Shown here: one piece after another, positions 31,083 to 32,000 of the stretch | Position numbering within the stretch: the stretch's first letter is position 1 | How the letters are laid out: every line of letters begins with the position of its first letter | DNA from: Candidatus Electrothrix sp. GW3-4 | Lineage (GTDB): Bacteria; Desulfobacterota; Desulfobulbia; Desulfobulbales; Desulfobulbaceae | Length of the DNA: 32,000 nucleotides | Assembly (NCBI RefSeq): GCF_037902255.1 | Contig: NZ_CP147990.1 | Location: 3,360,001-3,392,000 of the forward strand | Reading direction: 5' to 3' | Translations under genes and position numbers: made by a program | Notes under the pieces: model-generated | The model's database searches: none | What the model was told of the DNA's origin: nothing | Seen by the model: the letters and a program-made list of their open reading frames with translations, nothing else

Positions 31083-32000
31083 TCAGTTCTTGCGTTTGCA
31101 GGTCAGGAGATAGAGAAAGAGCGGTGCTCCGGCAAAGGAGGTGATGATCCCCACCGGCAGGATGATCGGGGGCATGAGGATACGGGACACGATATCCGAG
31201 ACCAGCAGCAACAGGGCACCGGTCAGGGCCGAGGAGATGAGCAGGTAGCGGTAGTCGTTGCCCACGAACATCCGGGCCAAATGGGGGGCCATCAGACCGA
31301 CAAAGCCGATAATACCGAGAAAGGCCGTGGTCACGGCAACGGTCAAAGCCGAGAAGAGCATGGCCGTAATACGCAGATGCCGCACTTTAATGCCAAGACT
31401 GGCCGCCACCTCATCCCCCCAGAGCAGGGCGTTGTGCTGCCATCGCCCCAGGAGAAAGAAAGTAAAGGCTAAGATCAGGACGACTCCGATCAGGGTGTTC
31501 TCTGTCCAGCCTGCCTTGCCCAGATCGCCGAAGGTCCAGAAGACCGAAGCCGCCACCTGGACATCATCGGCAAAATACTGGAGCAGCATGGTGGCGGCCC
31601 CGAAAAAGGCAGATAAGGCCACCCCAGCCAGGATCACGGCCTCGGTGCTCACCCCTTTGAGCGAGGCCAGTACCAGGATGAAGATGACCGCCAGCAGGGC
31701 ACCGGTAAAGGCGCAGAGCACCACCAGATTGGGCAGGTTAATAGTAACTGCTGATGAGGCCGAGGAGTGGGTCTGCCCGGCCCCGAGAAAAATAATGGCA
31801 AAGGCCGCCCCGAAAGCCGCGCCCTGGGAAACCCCGATGGTAAAGGGGGAGGCCAGGGGATTCTTGAGGACATTCTGCATGACCGCCCCGGCAATGCCTA
31901 GACTGGCACCGGCTAGGATCGCGGCAGTGACCCTGGGCAGGCGAATCTGCTGAATAACGTGCGCGGTTCGGCCTCCGATATCCCAGTCCAGTAAGGCGGT
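31083..32000 (-). CDS. FecCD/BtuC-family ABC permease (5' end outside window)
   Basis: The motifs are LPRVTAAILAGASLGIAGAVMQNVLKNPLASPFTIGVSQGAAFGA... and a C-terminal ITSFAGAPLFLYLL. The frame stays open from 31880 to the window edge at 32000 (40 further codons, no stop), so the 265-aa track ORF is only the distal part. Confidence 0.9.
   Translation of the reverse strand, partial: TALLDWDIGGRTAHVIQQIRLPRVTAAILAGASLGIAGAVMQNVLKNPLASPFTIGVSQGAAFGAAFAIIFLGAGQTHSSASSAVTINLPNLVVLCAFTGALLAVIFILVLASLKGVSTEAVILAGVALSAFFGAATMLLQYFADDVQVAASVFWTFGDLGKAGWTENTLIGVVLILAFTFFLLGRWQHNALLWGDEVAASLGIKVRHLRITAMLFSALTVAVTTAFLGIIGFVGLMAPHLARMFVGNDYRYLLISSALTGALLLLVSDIVSRILMPPIILPVGIITSFAGAPLFLYLLTCKRKN

Overview
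Bacterial chromosomal window. The gene content (GH57/GlgA glycogen genes, a haem-c DUF3365 sensor kinase, an Isf-like flavoprotein, archaeal-type ApgM) suggests an anaerobic Desulfobacterota-like organism, but that is inference only. All domain calls come from motifs read by eye in the translations; I could not run any HMM or BLAST search.

Layout, left to right:
(1) An MNT/HepT toxin-antitoxin pair. hepT is cut off by a nested pair of IS66-family elements: copy B sits inside the transposase gene of copy A with a perfect 8-bp target duplication, and both transposase genes are dead.
(2) A GH57-glgA-GH57 glycogen cluster.
(3) A 1047-aa exported fusion of an M1 zinc peptidase, a ChaN/Tiki-like module and a PDZ domain.
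(4) A decayed ISKra4-like transposase remnant.
(5) A visibly AT-richer island of about 9 kb (13.8-23.0 kb), which is the main candidate for an undescribed system. It carries five co-directional, tightly coupled genes whose products all have export or membrane signals: a stand-alone CHASE2 membrane protein, a secreted orphan protein (possibly DUF928-like), an exported TPR-CHAT caspase-like protease with an intact His/Cys dyad, a short TpsA beta-helix exoprotein, and its TpsB/ShlB-type outer-membrane transporter.
(6) On the minus strand: a hybrid histidine kinase with a CxxCH haem sensor, an Isf-like flavoprotein, initiator tRNA-fMet with a consensus promoter and terminator, a 4HBT thioesterase, ApgM, a Cys-rich secreted orphan, and the end of a FecCD/FepC-type ABC importer.

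No CRISPR array or rRNA was seen.
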